Assembly (NCBI GenBank): GCA_963817245.1
Contig: CAWFNQ010000001.1
Location: 1,916,136-1,980,135 of the forward strand
Direction: 5' to 3'
DNA: 64,000 bases
From: an uncultured Chloroflexia bacterium
Lineage (GTDB): Bacteria > Chloroflexota > Limnocylindria > Limnocylindrales > CSP1-4
Under the pieces are notes generated by a model. That model made no database searches. It was given only the letters and a program-made list of their open reading frames with translations, and had not been told where the DNA came from. A program made the position numbers and the translations under genes. Of this stretch, positions 17,995 to 28,385 are shown one piece after another (within the stretch, counting starts at the first letter, position 1; every line of letters begins with the position of its first letter).

Positions 17995-19257
17995 ATGGTC
18001 CCCGATCGCTCCGCCCCGACGCTCCTGCGTGCCGTCGGCCTGCTCGCCGATGGCCCGGTCCCGTGGGACCGCCCGGTGCCGCCCGTCGGGGCAGGCGTCT
18101 TCGTCGTGGAACTGGCCACGCCGCGCGCGACCGCGCCGGTCGAATTGACCCGTGTCGGGAAGTGGCTCGAGCACGTCCCGGACCTGCGTCTCGACGGGGA
18201 GCGGCCGACGTCGCGCGCCCTGGCAGCCCGCCTGGCGGCGTTCTGGCTGCCGTCCCAACCCGTGATCTACGTCGGATCCTCCACCGCCTCGGTCGGCCGC
18301 AAGGTCGCGGCGATCCGCGAGACGGTGCTCGGCGACCGCCGGCCGACCTCCGCCGGGCACTGGCTCGCGACCCTGACCATGCCCGCGGGCACGCGCATCT
18401 GGTGGGCCGCGACGAGCGCGACCGAGGAGTACGAGGACGCCCTGCTGGCGGCCTTCGCCGAGGGGGTTCCGGAGGACGAGCGAGGGGCGCTCCCCGACCC
18501 GGCGACCGTCCTGCCGTTCGCGGTCCTGGCGCGCCCGACCGGCGAGCGCAAGCGGACCGGGCTCTCGCGTTCGCTGCTACCGGAGCCGAAGGAGGTGCCC
18601 CCGCCACCGACGCGCGTCGTCCAGGTCCCCGACGGCGATGCCGAGGGGGCTCGCGGCGAGCCGCCCGAACCCAAGGCGCGCCGATCGACATCGAGCGCGA
18701 AGCCGGCGGGCGCGAGGTCGGGGGCCTCGCGACGCCGGCGGGCGCGAAGTCGGCGCGCGACCTCCGGATCGACATCGACCGGTCCGCGACCACCGGCGCC
18801 CCACGTGGACGCCCTGACCGTGGAGGGGGCCGAACGCCTCAAGGCGGAGCTCGACGAGCTCGTCAACGTCAAGCGCCCCGAAGTCATCCGTCGCATCGCC
18901 ACGGCGCGCGAGCACGGGGACCTCAAGGAGAACGCCGAGTACCACGCGGCGCGCGAGGAGGGGGGCTTCCTGCAGGGCCGGATCCAGGCGCTCGAGGCCC
19001 GGCTGCGGACGGCCCGGATCGTCGAGGCGCCCGCCGCCGGCAGCCGGGTGGGTCTGGGGTCGACGGTCACCGTCGAGATCGACGGCGAGCAGACCGAGCT
19101 GACGATCGTGGGATCGTCCGATTCCGCGCCGGGGGCGGGCCGGATCTCGTCGGCGTCACCGGTCGGCCGGGCGCTGCTCGGGCACGCGGCCGGCGAGGAC
19201 GTCGTGGTCGCGACGCCGGCCGGCGAGCACGTCTACCGGGTGATCGCCGTCCGCTGA
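17995..19257 (+). CDS. greA: GreA transcription elongation factor domain (C-terminal about 150 aa, from about 18805) in-frame with a 270-aa upstream coding region of unknown function
   Basis: C-terminal LTVEGAERLKAELDELVNVKRPEVIRRIATAREHGDLKENAEYHAAREEGGFLQGRIQALEARL... is canonical GreA (coiled-coil plus FKBP-like domain). No stop codon separates it from an upstream GC3-biased coding segment. A low-complexity Arg/Ser linker with a 20-nt direct repeat lies at 18702-18753. Confidence 0.7.
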   Translation: MVPDRSAPTLLRAVGLLADGPVPWDRPVPPVGAGVFVVELATPRATAPVELTRVGKWLEHVPDLRLDGERPTSRALAARLAAFWLPSQPVIYVGSSTASVGRKVAAIRETVLGDRRPTSAGHWLATLTMPAGTRIWWAATSATEEYEDALLAAFAEGVPEDERGALPDPATVLPFAVLARPTGERKRTGLSRSLLPEPKEVPPPPTRVVQVPDGDAEGARGEPPEPKARRSTSSAKPAGARSGASRRRRARSRRATSGSTSTGPRPPAPHVDALTVEGAERLKAELDELVNVKRPEVIRRIATAREHGDLKENAEYHAAREEGGFLQGRIQALEARLRTARIVEAPAAGSRVGLGSTVTVEIDGEQTELTIVGSSDSAPGAGRISSASPVGRALLGHAAGEDVVVATPAGEHVYRVIAVR

Positions 19258-19308
19258 GCTCCGGCGGACCCGCTCCGTGACCCGGCCCGCTGGGCCGGAG
19301 GGCGCCGG

Positions 19309-19971
19309 TCAGCTGGCGTTGTCGACCAGCTTGTGCTCGACCGCGTACAGCGCCGCCTGGGTCCGCGAGGCCAGCCCGAGCTTGCCCAGGATGTTCGAGA
19401 CGTAGGTCCGGGCCGTCCGCTCGGTGATGAACAGGGTGGCGCCGATCTCCTTGTTGCTCATCCCCTGGCCGAGCAGGCTGAGGACGTCCTTCTCGCGGTC
19501 GGTGAGCGGCTCCGCCAGCTCATCGTCGGGCGACTTGCGGTTGCGCATGCGCTCCGCGAGGAGGCGCGCGACGGCGGGGTCCAGGTGGGTCTCACCGGCG
19601 TAGGCAGCGCGCACGGCGCGGGCGACCTCCTCGGCCTCGGCGTCCTTGAGCACATACCCAGACGCCCCGGCCTCGAGTGCGGACGTGACCTTCTCCTCCT
19701 CGATGAACGAGGTCATGGTCACGATCTCGGTCTCGGGACGCTCGGCCTTGATCCGGCCGATGGCGGTGATGCCGTCCATGTTCGGCATCATCAGGTCCAT
19801 CAGGACCACGTCGGGCTCGAGCCGGCGGGCGACGGCCACGCCCTCCGAGCCGTCCGCGGCCTCGCCGACGACCTCGATGTCGGGCTGGAGGTCCAGGAAG
19901 ACCTTCAGGCCGGTGCGGACGACCGAGTGGTCGTCGACGATGAGGACGCGGATCACGGTGGGTTCGGACAA
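19309..19971 (-). CDS. NarL/LuxR-family two-component response regulator
   Basis: Receiver domain (RVLIVDDHSVVRTGLK ... VLMDLMMPNMDG) plus LuxR HTH (LTDREKDVLSLLGQGMSNKEIGATLFITERTARTYVSNILGKLG). Start TTG 19971 (SD GGGAGGA) or GTG 19956. Confidence 0.85.
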   Translation of the reverse strand: MSEPTVIRVLIVDDHSVVRTGLKVFLDLQPDIEVVGEAADGSEGVAVARRLEPDVVLMDLMMPNMDGITAIGRIKAERPETEIVTMTSFIEEEKVTSALEAGASGYVLKDAEAEEVARAVRAAYAGETHLDPAVARLLAERMRNRKSPDDELAEPLTDREKDVLSLLGQGMSNKEIGATLFITERTARTYVSNILGKLGLASRTQAALYAVEHKLVDNAS

Positions 19972-20057
19972 GGGTCCTCCCGAGGGCTGCGTGTCGGTGT
20001 CACGCTCGCCGTCGGCGAGCCGGGTCGAGTCTATCAAAGCGGGGTCCTCGAACGGCC

Positions 20058-20456
20058 TCAGACGGACGGCCGCGAGGCGGCCATGATGGCCGCCACGAGC
20101 TCGCTGGGGCGGAAGGTCTTGCGGACGAAGCCGTCCGCGCGGTCGGCGAGGACCGAGTGCTCCAGGCCCTCGGTCCAGCTCATGATCAGGACGCGGACCG
20201 ACGGCGCATCCGAGCGCAGCCGGTTGATGAAGGCGAGGCCGCCGTCGACCTCGGGCAGGCGTGGGTCGACGATGACGACGTCGGGGACCGACGACTCCAC
20301 CAGGTCGAGGGCGGGCCCGGCCTGGCCGGCGCTGCCGACGACCACGACCTCTCGCCCGATCCCCAGGAGGCCCGTCAGGCTCTCCCTCACTCGATCGTCG
20401 GCGTCGACGACGAGGACGCGAAGTGGCGCAGCGGCCCCGGGATCGGGTTCGTGCAT
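20058..20456 (-). CDS. Stand-alone CheY-like receiver domain protein
   Basis: LRVLVVDADDRVRESLTGLL ... VVIVDPRLPEVDGGLAFINRL ... VRVLIMSWTEG with the phospho-acceptor Asp context. 132 aa, no output domain. Confidence 0.75.
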   Translation of the reverse strand: MHEPDPGAAAPLRVLVVDADDRVRESLTGLLGIGREVVVVGSAGQAGPALDLVESSVPDVVIVDPRLPEVDGGLAFINRLRSDAPSVRVLIMSWTEGLEHSVLADRADGFVRKTFRPSELVAAIMAASRPSV

Positions 20457-20542
20457 CCGTCCATGGTCGCGGTGCGGCCGAGCGTGGCGGAACGGACCGA
20501 TGCCGGGGTCGCCCTCGGCCGAACGACGATGGTCCGCCTACG

Positions 20543-23500
20543 TCATCGGTCGCGGATCGACGCATCCGGCTGCGGGCCGCGCCGGGCGCCCGGCTCCGAC
20601 CCCGCCGCCTCGGTCGCCGCATCGGGGACCAGGACCTCGACGGTCGTGCCCTTGCCTGGCTCGCTCTTGCAGCTGAACGTCGCACCGATCCGAGCGGCGC
20701 GGGCCTCCATCCCGGCCAGGCCGAGATGCCCGGGCGGGACCTGGCTCGGGTCGAAGCCACGCCCGTCGTCCACCACGCGCAACCGGACGCCGCTCTTGAC
20801 CCGGCCCACCTCCACCCGGACCTGGCGGGCGGCGGCGTGCTTGACGACGTTGTGGAGCGCCTCCTGGGCCGTCCGGTACAGCGCCTCCTCGATGGGCAAC
20901 GGGAGGCGCTCGTCGAGGTTCGCCTCGACCACGACGGGCAGCCCGATCCGGCCCTGGAGGGCGGCGGTATGGGTCTTGAGCGCCCGGGCCAGCCCGTCCT
21001 GCTCCAGGTTGCCGGGACGCAGCTCGAAGATCAGGGCCCGCATCTCGGCGAGCGCCTCGCGCTGCAGCTCGCGCAGCTGGGTCAGCTGGGTCCGGGCGGC
21101 GCCGACATCGGAGTCGAGCAACATCTCCGCGGAGCGCGAGACGAGCGTCATGGAGAACAGCGCCTGGGTGACCGAGTCGTGGAGCTCGCGAGCCAGGTGG
21201 GCGCGCTCGTCGCCGGCGGCGAGCTCGCCGGCCTGGCGGCGGAGGTCGCGTTCGAGGCGGTCCCGCTCGCTGACGTCGCGGGCGGCACCGTGCGCCCCGA
21301 CGAACCGCCCGTCCTCGACCATCCCGACGCCGCTGATCTCGACGAGCACGTCATGCCCATCGGCGTGGCGGAACGGCAACCGAGATCGGTAGACCTTGGT
21401 CGGGTGCCGGCTAAGCCACCGGAACAGGGTCCTGGCCTCGCGACTGGCATCTCCGGAGAAGACCGACCAGTACGGCTGGCCGAGCACCTCGGCGGCGGGC
21501 AGGCCGAACATGGTCTCGGCGGCATCGCTCAGGAAGACGAGCGTCCCCGCCTCATCGGTCATCCAGACGAGGTCGGGCGACGACTCGACCAGGTAGCGGT
21601 AGCGCTCCTCGGACGCGCGCAGCTCGCGTTGGAGACGCTCGCGTTCGCTGATGTCGCGCGTCGAGCCGTGGATCCCCGCGAATGCGCCGCTCGCGTCACG
21701 CATGCCGATCGAGTGGACCTCGGCCGGCGTCCGGCGCCCGTCCTTGCCGAGGAGGATGAGCTCGGCGGCCTGGCCGGTCGACGGATCGGCGGCCAGCTTC
21801 TCCCAGCGGTCCGCCGCGAGGGCCATCGAGTCGGGCAGGACGACCATCGAGAAGTGCTGGCCGACGAGTTCCTCGGGTGGGTACCCGGTCATCCGCTCCA
21901 TGGCCTCGGACAGGAACGTGAACCGGCCGTCCGCGTCGGTCGAGAACACCACGTCCGGTGAGTTCTCGACGAGGAACCGGTAGCGCTCCTCGGATTCGCG
22001 CAGCTCCCGCTCGAGCCGCTCCTGCTCGCTGACGTCGCGGACGGTGCCCTGGACGCCGGCGAAGACGCCGTCCTCCCAGACCGAGACCGACGAGATCTCC
22101 GCCGGGAACGTCGATCCGTCTCGCCGCAAGAGCTCGTAGCGGAACCGCCGTACGACCTCGTGGTCGGCGTGCTGGTCGGCGAAGTTCCGGACGGCCTCCT
22201 CGAGGGACGCCGGCGCCGTCAGCTCGCCGAACGTCATCCCGATGACCTCGGCCGGGGACCGGCCGAAGAGGGTCTCCGCCCCCTCCGCCATGAACAGGAA
22301 CCGGCCGTCCGCATCGCAGCGGTAGATGACGTCCGGCGTCGTCTGGACGAGCTGGCGGAAGCGGTTCTCCGAGTCGCGCAGTTCGCGCTCGAGCCGGTCG
22401 TGCTCGCGCATGTCGCGGACCGACCCGTTGGCCCCGATGAACTGGCCGTGCTCGTCGAGCCGGGCCGTGGCGATGAACTCGGTCGGGATCGGCTCCCCGT
22501 TCGCCCCCACGAGATTGACCCGGCCGCGCAGCTCCTCGGTGCTCGTCGCGAACCCGATCGCCCAGTCGATCTCGGCCACCTCGCGGGTGGACTCGTGCAC
22601 GAGCACGCCGAAATGGCGGCCGATGAACTCCGAGGCCGGACGGCCCGTCAGCCGCTCGACCGCGTCCGACACGAGCGTGAACCGGCCCGCTTCGTCGGTC
22701 GCGAACACGACGTCGGGCGAGCTCTCGACGACGAACCGGTAGCGTTCCTCGGATTCGGTCAGGCGCCCGAGGAGCGTCGAGTTCGTGATCGCGATCGCCG
22801 CCTGGTCCGCGAGGCCCTGCAGGAGGTCGAGCTCGTCCGGCAGGAAGTCGCGGGGCGTGGCCGACGAGACGGCCAGGGTGCCGATGACGTCGCCCCCGGG
22901 CGCGCGGAGTGGGGCTGCGGCCATGCCCCGCAGCCCGAGGCGGGACGCGACCTCGATGTCCTCCCGCTCCTGCGGGATCCGATCGTCGAGGAGGTAGTCG
23001 ACGGTGGAGACGGGCGTGCGCTGCAGCGCCGCCAGGCCGTTGATCCCGCCACCGAGCGGGAACTGCATGCCCTTGAGCCAGGCGATGGACTCGGGATCCG
23101 CGCTGCCGGCCACGACGACCGGGATGAGGTAGGTGGCGTCGTCGGACATCCGGGTCAGGTGGGCGCCATCGGTCCCGAGGAGGCGCTTGGCCTCCTCGAC
23201 CACCCGCTCGAGGATGATGCCGGGGTCGCGCAGCGCGGCGATCCGCGCGGTGATGTCGCGGAGCGAGCGTTCGGTGTCGGCGCGCCGTTCGATCGCCAAC
23301 CGCGATCGCTCGAGCTCCTCGATGAGTCGCGCGTTCGTGATGGCGATGGCGGCCTGGTCGGCCAGGCCGCCGATGATCGCCTCGTCGAGCGCATCGAAGG
23401 CGTTGACCTCGTGGCTGTAGACCTCGATGGCCCCGAGCGAGCCCTCGTCGCCGATGATCGGCGCCACGACGAGGTCGCCGATATTGCTCCGGGCGGCCAT

Positions 23501-26500
23501 CTCGTCGGCCTGGTCGACGTGCGTGAAGTCCCCGCGCAGGTAGTCGCCGGCCGAGACGACCCGGCCCTCGGCCATCGCCTTGCCCGAGAGCCCCTCGCCG
23601 ACATGGATCCGCGTCGCGGCGGCCGACTCGCGCTGGTAGTCGCTGAGCCCGGCGTCGTAGGCCGCGATCAGCACCCCCTCGACCGGATCGAACTCATCGA
23701 TCACCGCGCCATCCGCGCGGAGCAGGCGAAGTGCCTCGTCGACGATGCGCTGGAGCAGGTCCCCCGGTTCGCGGATGGCGGTGATCCGCGCCGCGATCTC
23801 GCGCAGGGCGTGCTCCGCCTCGGCCCGCCGTTCGTTGAGGTCGCGCGAGCGCGCCAGCTCCTCCATGAGGCGCGCGTTGCGGATCGCGATCGATGCCTGG
23901 GTGGCGAGCGCGGTCAGGACCTCGAGGTCGGCATCCTCATATGCGCCCGGCTGGCGCGAGACGACCGAGAGCGTGCCGATGGGCCCCGCCTCCGCCGAGA
24001 GCGGCGTGGACATGACGGAGCGGATGCCCATCTTCGTCACGAAGGCATCGATCTCGGGCTGGTGATCGAACCGCTCGTCGGCGAGGTAGTCGGTCGTGAG
24101 GATGGGGCGTTGTTCGGCGAAGGAGAGGCCGGCGACCGCCTGCCCCGGCTTGATGCCGCCGGCCCTGGCCCAGTCGGGCACGAACGACATCGCGTCACCG
24201 GCCGAATACGACCAGCGCAGGGCATCGATCGACGGATCGTATTGGTCGATGCGCGCCCCGTCGGAGTCGAGGAGGCGTGCCGCCTCGTCGGTGATGCGCT
24301 GGAGGACCTCGGCCGGCTCGAGGATGGCCGACACGCGCGCCGCGATCTCGCGCAGCGTGCGTTCCGCATCGGCTCGACGCGCGGTCTCGGCCTGGGAGCG
24401 TTCGAGCTCGTCGATGAGGTTCGAGTTGGCGATGGCGACCGCGGCCTGGTCGGCGAGCGCGGCCAGCAGGCCGGCGTCCGCCTCGTCGAACGCGTCGGGC
24501 CGGTCACCGTACACCGTGATGGCCCCGACCACGACATCGCGATGGACAAGCGGCGCGGCGATGACCGAGCGGATGCCCGGCCTCGCGGACGAACGCGTCG
24601 CGCGCCGGCGTGTGCTCGAACCGGTCGTCCTCGAGGTAGTTCCCGGTCCACTCCACGACGCGGGTCCGGACCGCGCGGCCGGACACCCCGGCGTCGGGCT
24701 GGAGCTCGACCTCGTCGAGCAGGGGCAGGTTGGCGACCGCGCGCTCGCCGGCTTCCTGGCTCGTCCATGCCTCGGCCATCCCGACCCCGCCGAGCATGTC
24801 GATCATCGCCCCCGTCGCCCCGAGCAGCCGCACCGACGCATCGATGACGGACTGGAGGATCGCGTCCTTGTCGCGCATCGCGCTGACCCGGCCGGCGATC
24901 TCCCGCAGGGTCCGCTCGGCCTCGGCGGTCCGCCCGAGGGCCTCACGCGACCGCGCCAGCTCGTCGATGAGCCGCGCATTGGTGATCGCGATGGCCGCCT
25001 GCCCGGCCAACGCTTCGATGAGCGACGCGTCGATCTCCGTGAAGGCGTCGCGTTCCTTCGAGTAGACCTCGATGACCCCCAACGGGCCCGACTCGCCGGT
25101 GATGGGGGCCGCGATCATGGAATGGAACCCGGTCCGCTCGTAGAACTCGGTCGACTCCGGCGAGGGCGGGAACTGGGCGGCCAGGTCGTCGCCCGCGACG
25201 ATGACGCGGTCTTCCGCCACGGCCATCCCGGTGGCGCCGACCCCGACCGAGATCCACAGCTGCGCCCGTTCCTCGTCGGTGAACCCGGACCCGATGCCGT
25301 CGTCGTACGCCCAATGCAGGTTGCCGGTCACGGGGTCGAGCAGGTCGAGGATGGCCCCATGACCGCGCACGAGCCGCGACGCCTGGACGACGACGTCGCG
25401 GAGGATCTCGGCCGGCTCGCGCAGCACGGTGATCCGGGCGGCGTTCTCGCGCAGCGCCTGTTCGGCCTCGGCCTTGCGCGCCAGCGCGTCCCGCGACCGG
25501 TCGAGCTCGTCGATGAGGCGCGTCGTGGTGATGGTGATGGCCGCCTGGTCCGCGATCGCGACCAGCAGGGTCGAATCGGCCTCGCCCCAGGCGTCGACGT
25601 CGTCGCAGTAGATGGTCAGCGCGCCGAACGGACCCGACTCGCCGATGAGCGGTGCGGCCATGACCGAACGGATCCCGGCACCCTTGACGTATGTGTCGGC
25701 GCCCGACCCATGCGGGAAGCGGTCGTCGTGGAGGTAGTCACCGGTCCACTGGGCGCGGCCCGTCACGACGGCCTGGCCGGCGATGCCTTGGTCGAGGGTC
25801 TCGTCCGGATCGTCGGGCCAGGCATCGGCGTCGGGCCGCAGCGCACCCGACGCGTACGCCCAGCGGAGCAGGCCGGATGCGGGTTCGACCAGGTCGATGC
25901 GCGCGCCGGCGGCGCGCATGAGGCGCGCGGCTTCGTCGACGGCGCTCTGCAGCACGGCGGGCAGGTCGGCTGCGGCGCTGATGCGGGCGGTGATGTCGCG
26001 GAGCGAGCGCTCGACTTCGGCGCGCTTGGCCAGTTCGACCCGGGAGTGGTCGAGGGCCTCGATGAGCCGCGCGTTCGACATCGATGCCGCCGCGTGGTCG
26101 GCGAGGGCCCGGACGAGCCCGATCTGCGAGGCGTCGAACGCACGCTCCCGGGCGCTGAACGCCCCGAGCGCACCGAACACGGTCTCGCCGTTGGCGATCG
26201 GCGCCGCCACCATCGACCGGATCCCGATGTCGGCGACGACCCGGTCGGTTTCCTCGGCGTGCTTGATCGCCGGATCGGCGAGATAGTCGTCGGTCAGGAC
26301 GACGCCGCGCTCGGCCACGGCCCGGCCGAAGATCCCGACACCGACCGGGAGGGAGATGGAGCGGACCCAGGCGCGGCTGCGCCGGCTGCGGATCCCGGCA
26401 TCGTGGGCGAAGCGGAGGTTCCCGGTCGCCTCGTCCATGAGGTAGACCATCGCGCCATCCGCATCGAGGAGGCGGGCCGTCTCGGCGACGGCCGCGACGA

Positions 26501-26699
26501 GCAGGTCGTGGATGTCGCCGCTGCCGCCGTCGGGATCGTGCCGGGCGACGCGCTGGGCGCGTGCCGCTGCCGCGCGCTCCGAGGCGGGCCCGCGGCCGTT
26601 GCCGTCGGCGCTCTCGGCGGCCGTCTTCCGGGGCGCTCGCGCGCGTGGGGTCTGCGTGGCCACGGCCCGAGGATACGCTCCGCCCGCCGCTGGCGGCAT
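20543..26699 (-). CDS. Giant multi-GAF (about 7) / multi-PAS (4) sensor histidine kinase with HisKA_3 plus HATPase_c core; interrupted by an apparent +1 frameshift near 24576-24578
   Basis: Two track ORFs (24504..26699 and 20543..24532) join seamlessly if one G is removed from a GGG run: ...DAFVREAG|IRSVIAAPLVHRDVVVGAITVYGDRPDAF.... The C-terminus has ERYRFLVE-type PAS repeats, H-box ELHDSVTQALFSM and an ATPase region (LHNVVKHAAARQVRVEV ... DDGRGFD ... GLAGMEARAARIGATF). GAF repeats are separated by conserved ERSR..ERRAEAE..LREI..RI linkers. Confidence 0.85.
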
Positions 26700-26888
26700 C
26701 GCCGTTCGCCGAGGCCGTCTACGTCATCCGGCCGAGGCGGCACCCGGCACCGGTCGAGGTCGGGCGGGGGCGTCCGTCCCGTCGGGAAGAGGACGAGCGC
26801 CCACCGCGGCGACCCCGGGACCGCTCCCACGATGCCCACAGGGCCGGCACCCGCCGGGTTCCGACAGCCATCTGAGGTCACCCGCCCG

Positions 26889-27314
26889 ATGTTCGCTTCC
26901 CGAACCCCACTCCGCGCGTCCGACGTCGCACTCCGCGCCGTCATCGTGGCCCTGGCCCTGTCCACGGCCTACATCCACTCCACCCTCGGCGGCCTGCTCT
27001 TCACCCTGAACGCCGTGGGCTACGTCACCGCTGCCGTCGCGATGGTCATCCCCCTCGCGCTCGCCGTCCGCTTCCGCTGGTTCATCCGGCTCGGCCTGAT
27101 CGGCTATGCGATGACGACGATCATCGGCTGGGCCATCCAGGGCCCGTACTACGAGACGGCCTACATCGCCAAGGCGATCGAAGTCGCGCTCATCGTCGCC
27201 GTCGCCGTCGACTTCGCCCGGATGGACGGCAACCCCGTCGCCGTCGTCCGTCGCGAGCTGGCCTCGCTCGGCTCGTTCATCGCCCGCCGCGGCACCGCCG
27301 CCGCCGGCGCCTGA
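26889..27314 (+). CDS. Hypothetical 4-TM membrane protein
   Basis: C-terminal part of a long spurious track ORF. Four hydrophobic helices (AVIVALALSTAYIHSTLGGLLF, YVTAAVAMVIPLALAV, LIGYAMTTIIGWAI, AIEVALIVAVAVDF). Immediately upstream of the cupredoxin gene. Confidence 0.5.
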   Translation: MFASRTPLRASDVALRAVIVALALSTAYIHSTLGGLLFTLNAVGYVTAAVAMVIPLALAVRFRWFIRLGLIGYAMTTIIGWAIQGPYYETAYIAKAIEVALIVAVAVDFARMDGNPVAVVRRELASLGSFIARRGTAAAGA

Positions 27315-27343
27315 CCCACCGACCGATCAAAGGAGCCGTCGAC

Positions 27344-27742
27344 ATGCAGCGCCTGATCCTCGCCCTCGGCCTGGTCGCGGTGGCCGCCATCTCCGTCGCC
27401 TGCTCAGGCGTCTCGGCGGAACCGGCCACCCCGACCACCCCGGTCGCGACGACGGTCCCCGGCAACGCCGGTGGCGCGGTCACGATCGTGGCCAAGGACA
27501 TCAAGTTCGCCACCCCGCAGGTCAGCGTGGCGGCCGGCACGCCGGTCACGATCACGTTCGACAACCAGGACGGTGCCCCGCACAACATCGCGATCTCGGA
27601 CGCCTCCGGCGCCAAGGTCTTCAAGGGCGACATCGTCTCCGGGACGAAGGTCACCTACCAGGTCCCGGCCCTGGCGCCCGGCACGTATTCGTTCATCTGC
27701 GAGGTCCATCCGGACATGAAGGGCACGATCACCGCGCAGTGA
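27344..27742 (+). CDS. Amicyanin/pseudoazurin-like type-1 (blue) copper cupredoxin lipoprotein
   Basis: Lipoprotein signal with lipobox (AAISVAC). Type-1 Cu ligands His (GAPHNIA) and Cys-x2-His-x2-Met (FICEVHPDM). SD AAAGGAG upstream. Confidence 0.75.
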   Translation: MQRLILALGLVAVAAISVACSGVSAEPATPTTPVATTVPGNAGGAVTIVAKDIKFATPQVSVAAGTPVTITFDNQDGAPHNIAISDASGAKVFKGDIVSGTKVTYQVPALAPGTYSFICEVHPDMKGTITAQ

Positions 27743-27823
27743 TCCCCGCCCGCTCCAGCCCGCGTCGCACCGCGAAGCCCCCGCCCGACGGCGGGGGCTT
27801 CGTGCTATACGTCATCTGTCCAC

Positions 27824-27852
27824 TTGACATGATGTAGTACTTCTACTACATT
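27824..27852 (+). promoter_or_regulatory. Sigma-70-like promoter (TTGACA-17-TACATT) enclosing a perfect 8-bp inverted-repeat operator ATGTAGTA-cttc-TACTACAT
   Basis: Lies in an unusually AT-rich 150-nt intergenic region directly upstream of the membrane protein / XRE-HTH / ABC operon. The palindrome sits between the -35 and -10 elements. Confidence 0.4.
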
Positions 27853-27891
27853 CCGATATGTCAGATCAACGCTGCCGCTTGGAGCCTTGCC

Positions 27892-28383
27892 GTGATGGCC
27901 ACGCCGTACACCCTCTATCAGCGCCTCCCTACCCTCCGTCAGCGGTCGCGCCGCATCGCGGTCGTCGCCGCCTTCACGGGCTTCCCGTTGCAGATCCTCG
28001 GGTACACCTTCCTCGTGCAGCCCGGGCGCCTCTCGAGCGTGATCTGGGCGCCGCTCAGCATCGCCCTCTTCGCGGCCACGGTCATCGGCGTGATCGCGGT
28101 CTTCGGCTACGCGCAGGGCCGGTTCGACAAGCGCGACACCTTCGACGAGCGCCAGCGGGCGATGGTCGACCAAGCCCTCATCGTGAGCTATGGCGTCCTG
28201 ACGACCTTCATCGTGCTGGTCATCGGCGCGATCGCCGTGTACGCCTCGTTCGTCGGTCCGGTCACGCTCGACATGGCATCGCTCAGTTCGTGGTTCGTCG
28301 CGGTCGCGGTGTACATCCCGTTCCTGCCGCTCGCGGCGCTCGCCTGGATCGAGCCCGACGCCCCGGCGGACGACGAGGCCTGA
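27892..28383 (+). CDS. Membrane protein (DUF2975-like, 4 TM) preceding a small XRE regulator
   Basis: Hydrophobic helices. Gene order membrane protein then small XRE HTH is characteristic of the DUF2975/YozG-type pairs. SD GGAG 7 nt before GTG 27892. Confidence 0.55.
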   Translation: MMATPYTLYQRLPTLRQRSRRIAVVAAFTGFPLQILGYTFLVQPGRLSSVIWAPLSIALFAATVIGVIAVFGYAQGRFDKRDTFDERQRAMVDQALIVSYGVLTTFIVLVIGAIAVYASFVGPVTLDMASLSSWFVAVAVYIPFLPLAALAWIEPDAPADDEA

Positions 28384-28385
28384 GC

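Noticed and set aside
16540-18793. ORFs 16540..17934 (plus) and 16925..18793 (minus) around the beta-lactamase-like gene
   Set aside because: Alternate-frame or antisense readings of the serine hydrolase and the greA-linked ORF; the products are Arg/Pro/Gly-rich.
22160-27314. Very long plus-strand ORFs (22160..24847 895 aa; 24096..27314 1072 aa) opposite the GAF/PAS kinase
   Set aside because: Arg/Gly/Asp-rich low-complexity translations with no codon-position bias of their own. They are a by-product of the high-GC, internally repetitive GAF-coding DNA on the other strand. Only the last 141 codons of 24096..27314 (26889..27314) look like a real membrane protein.
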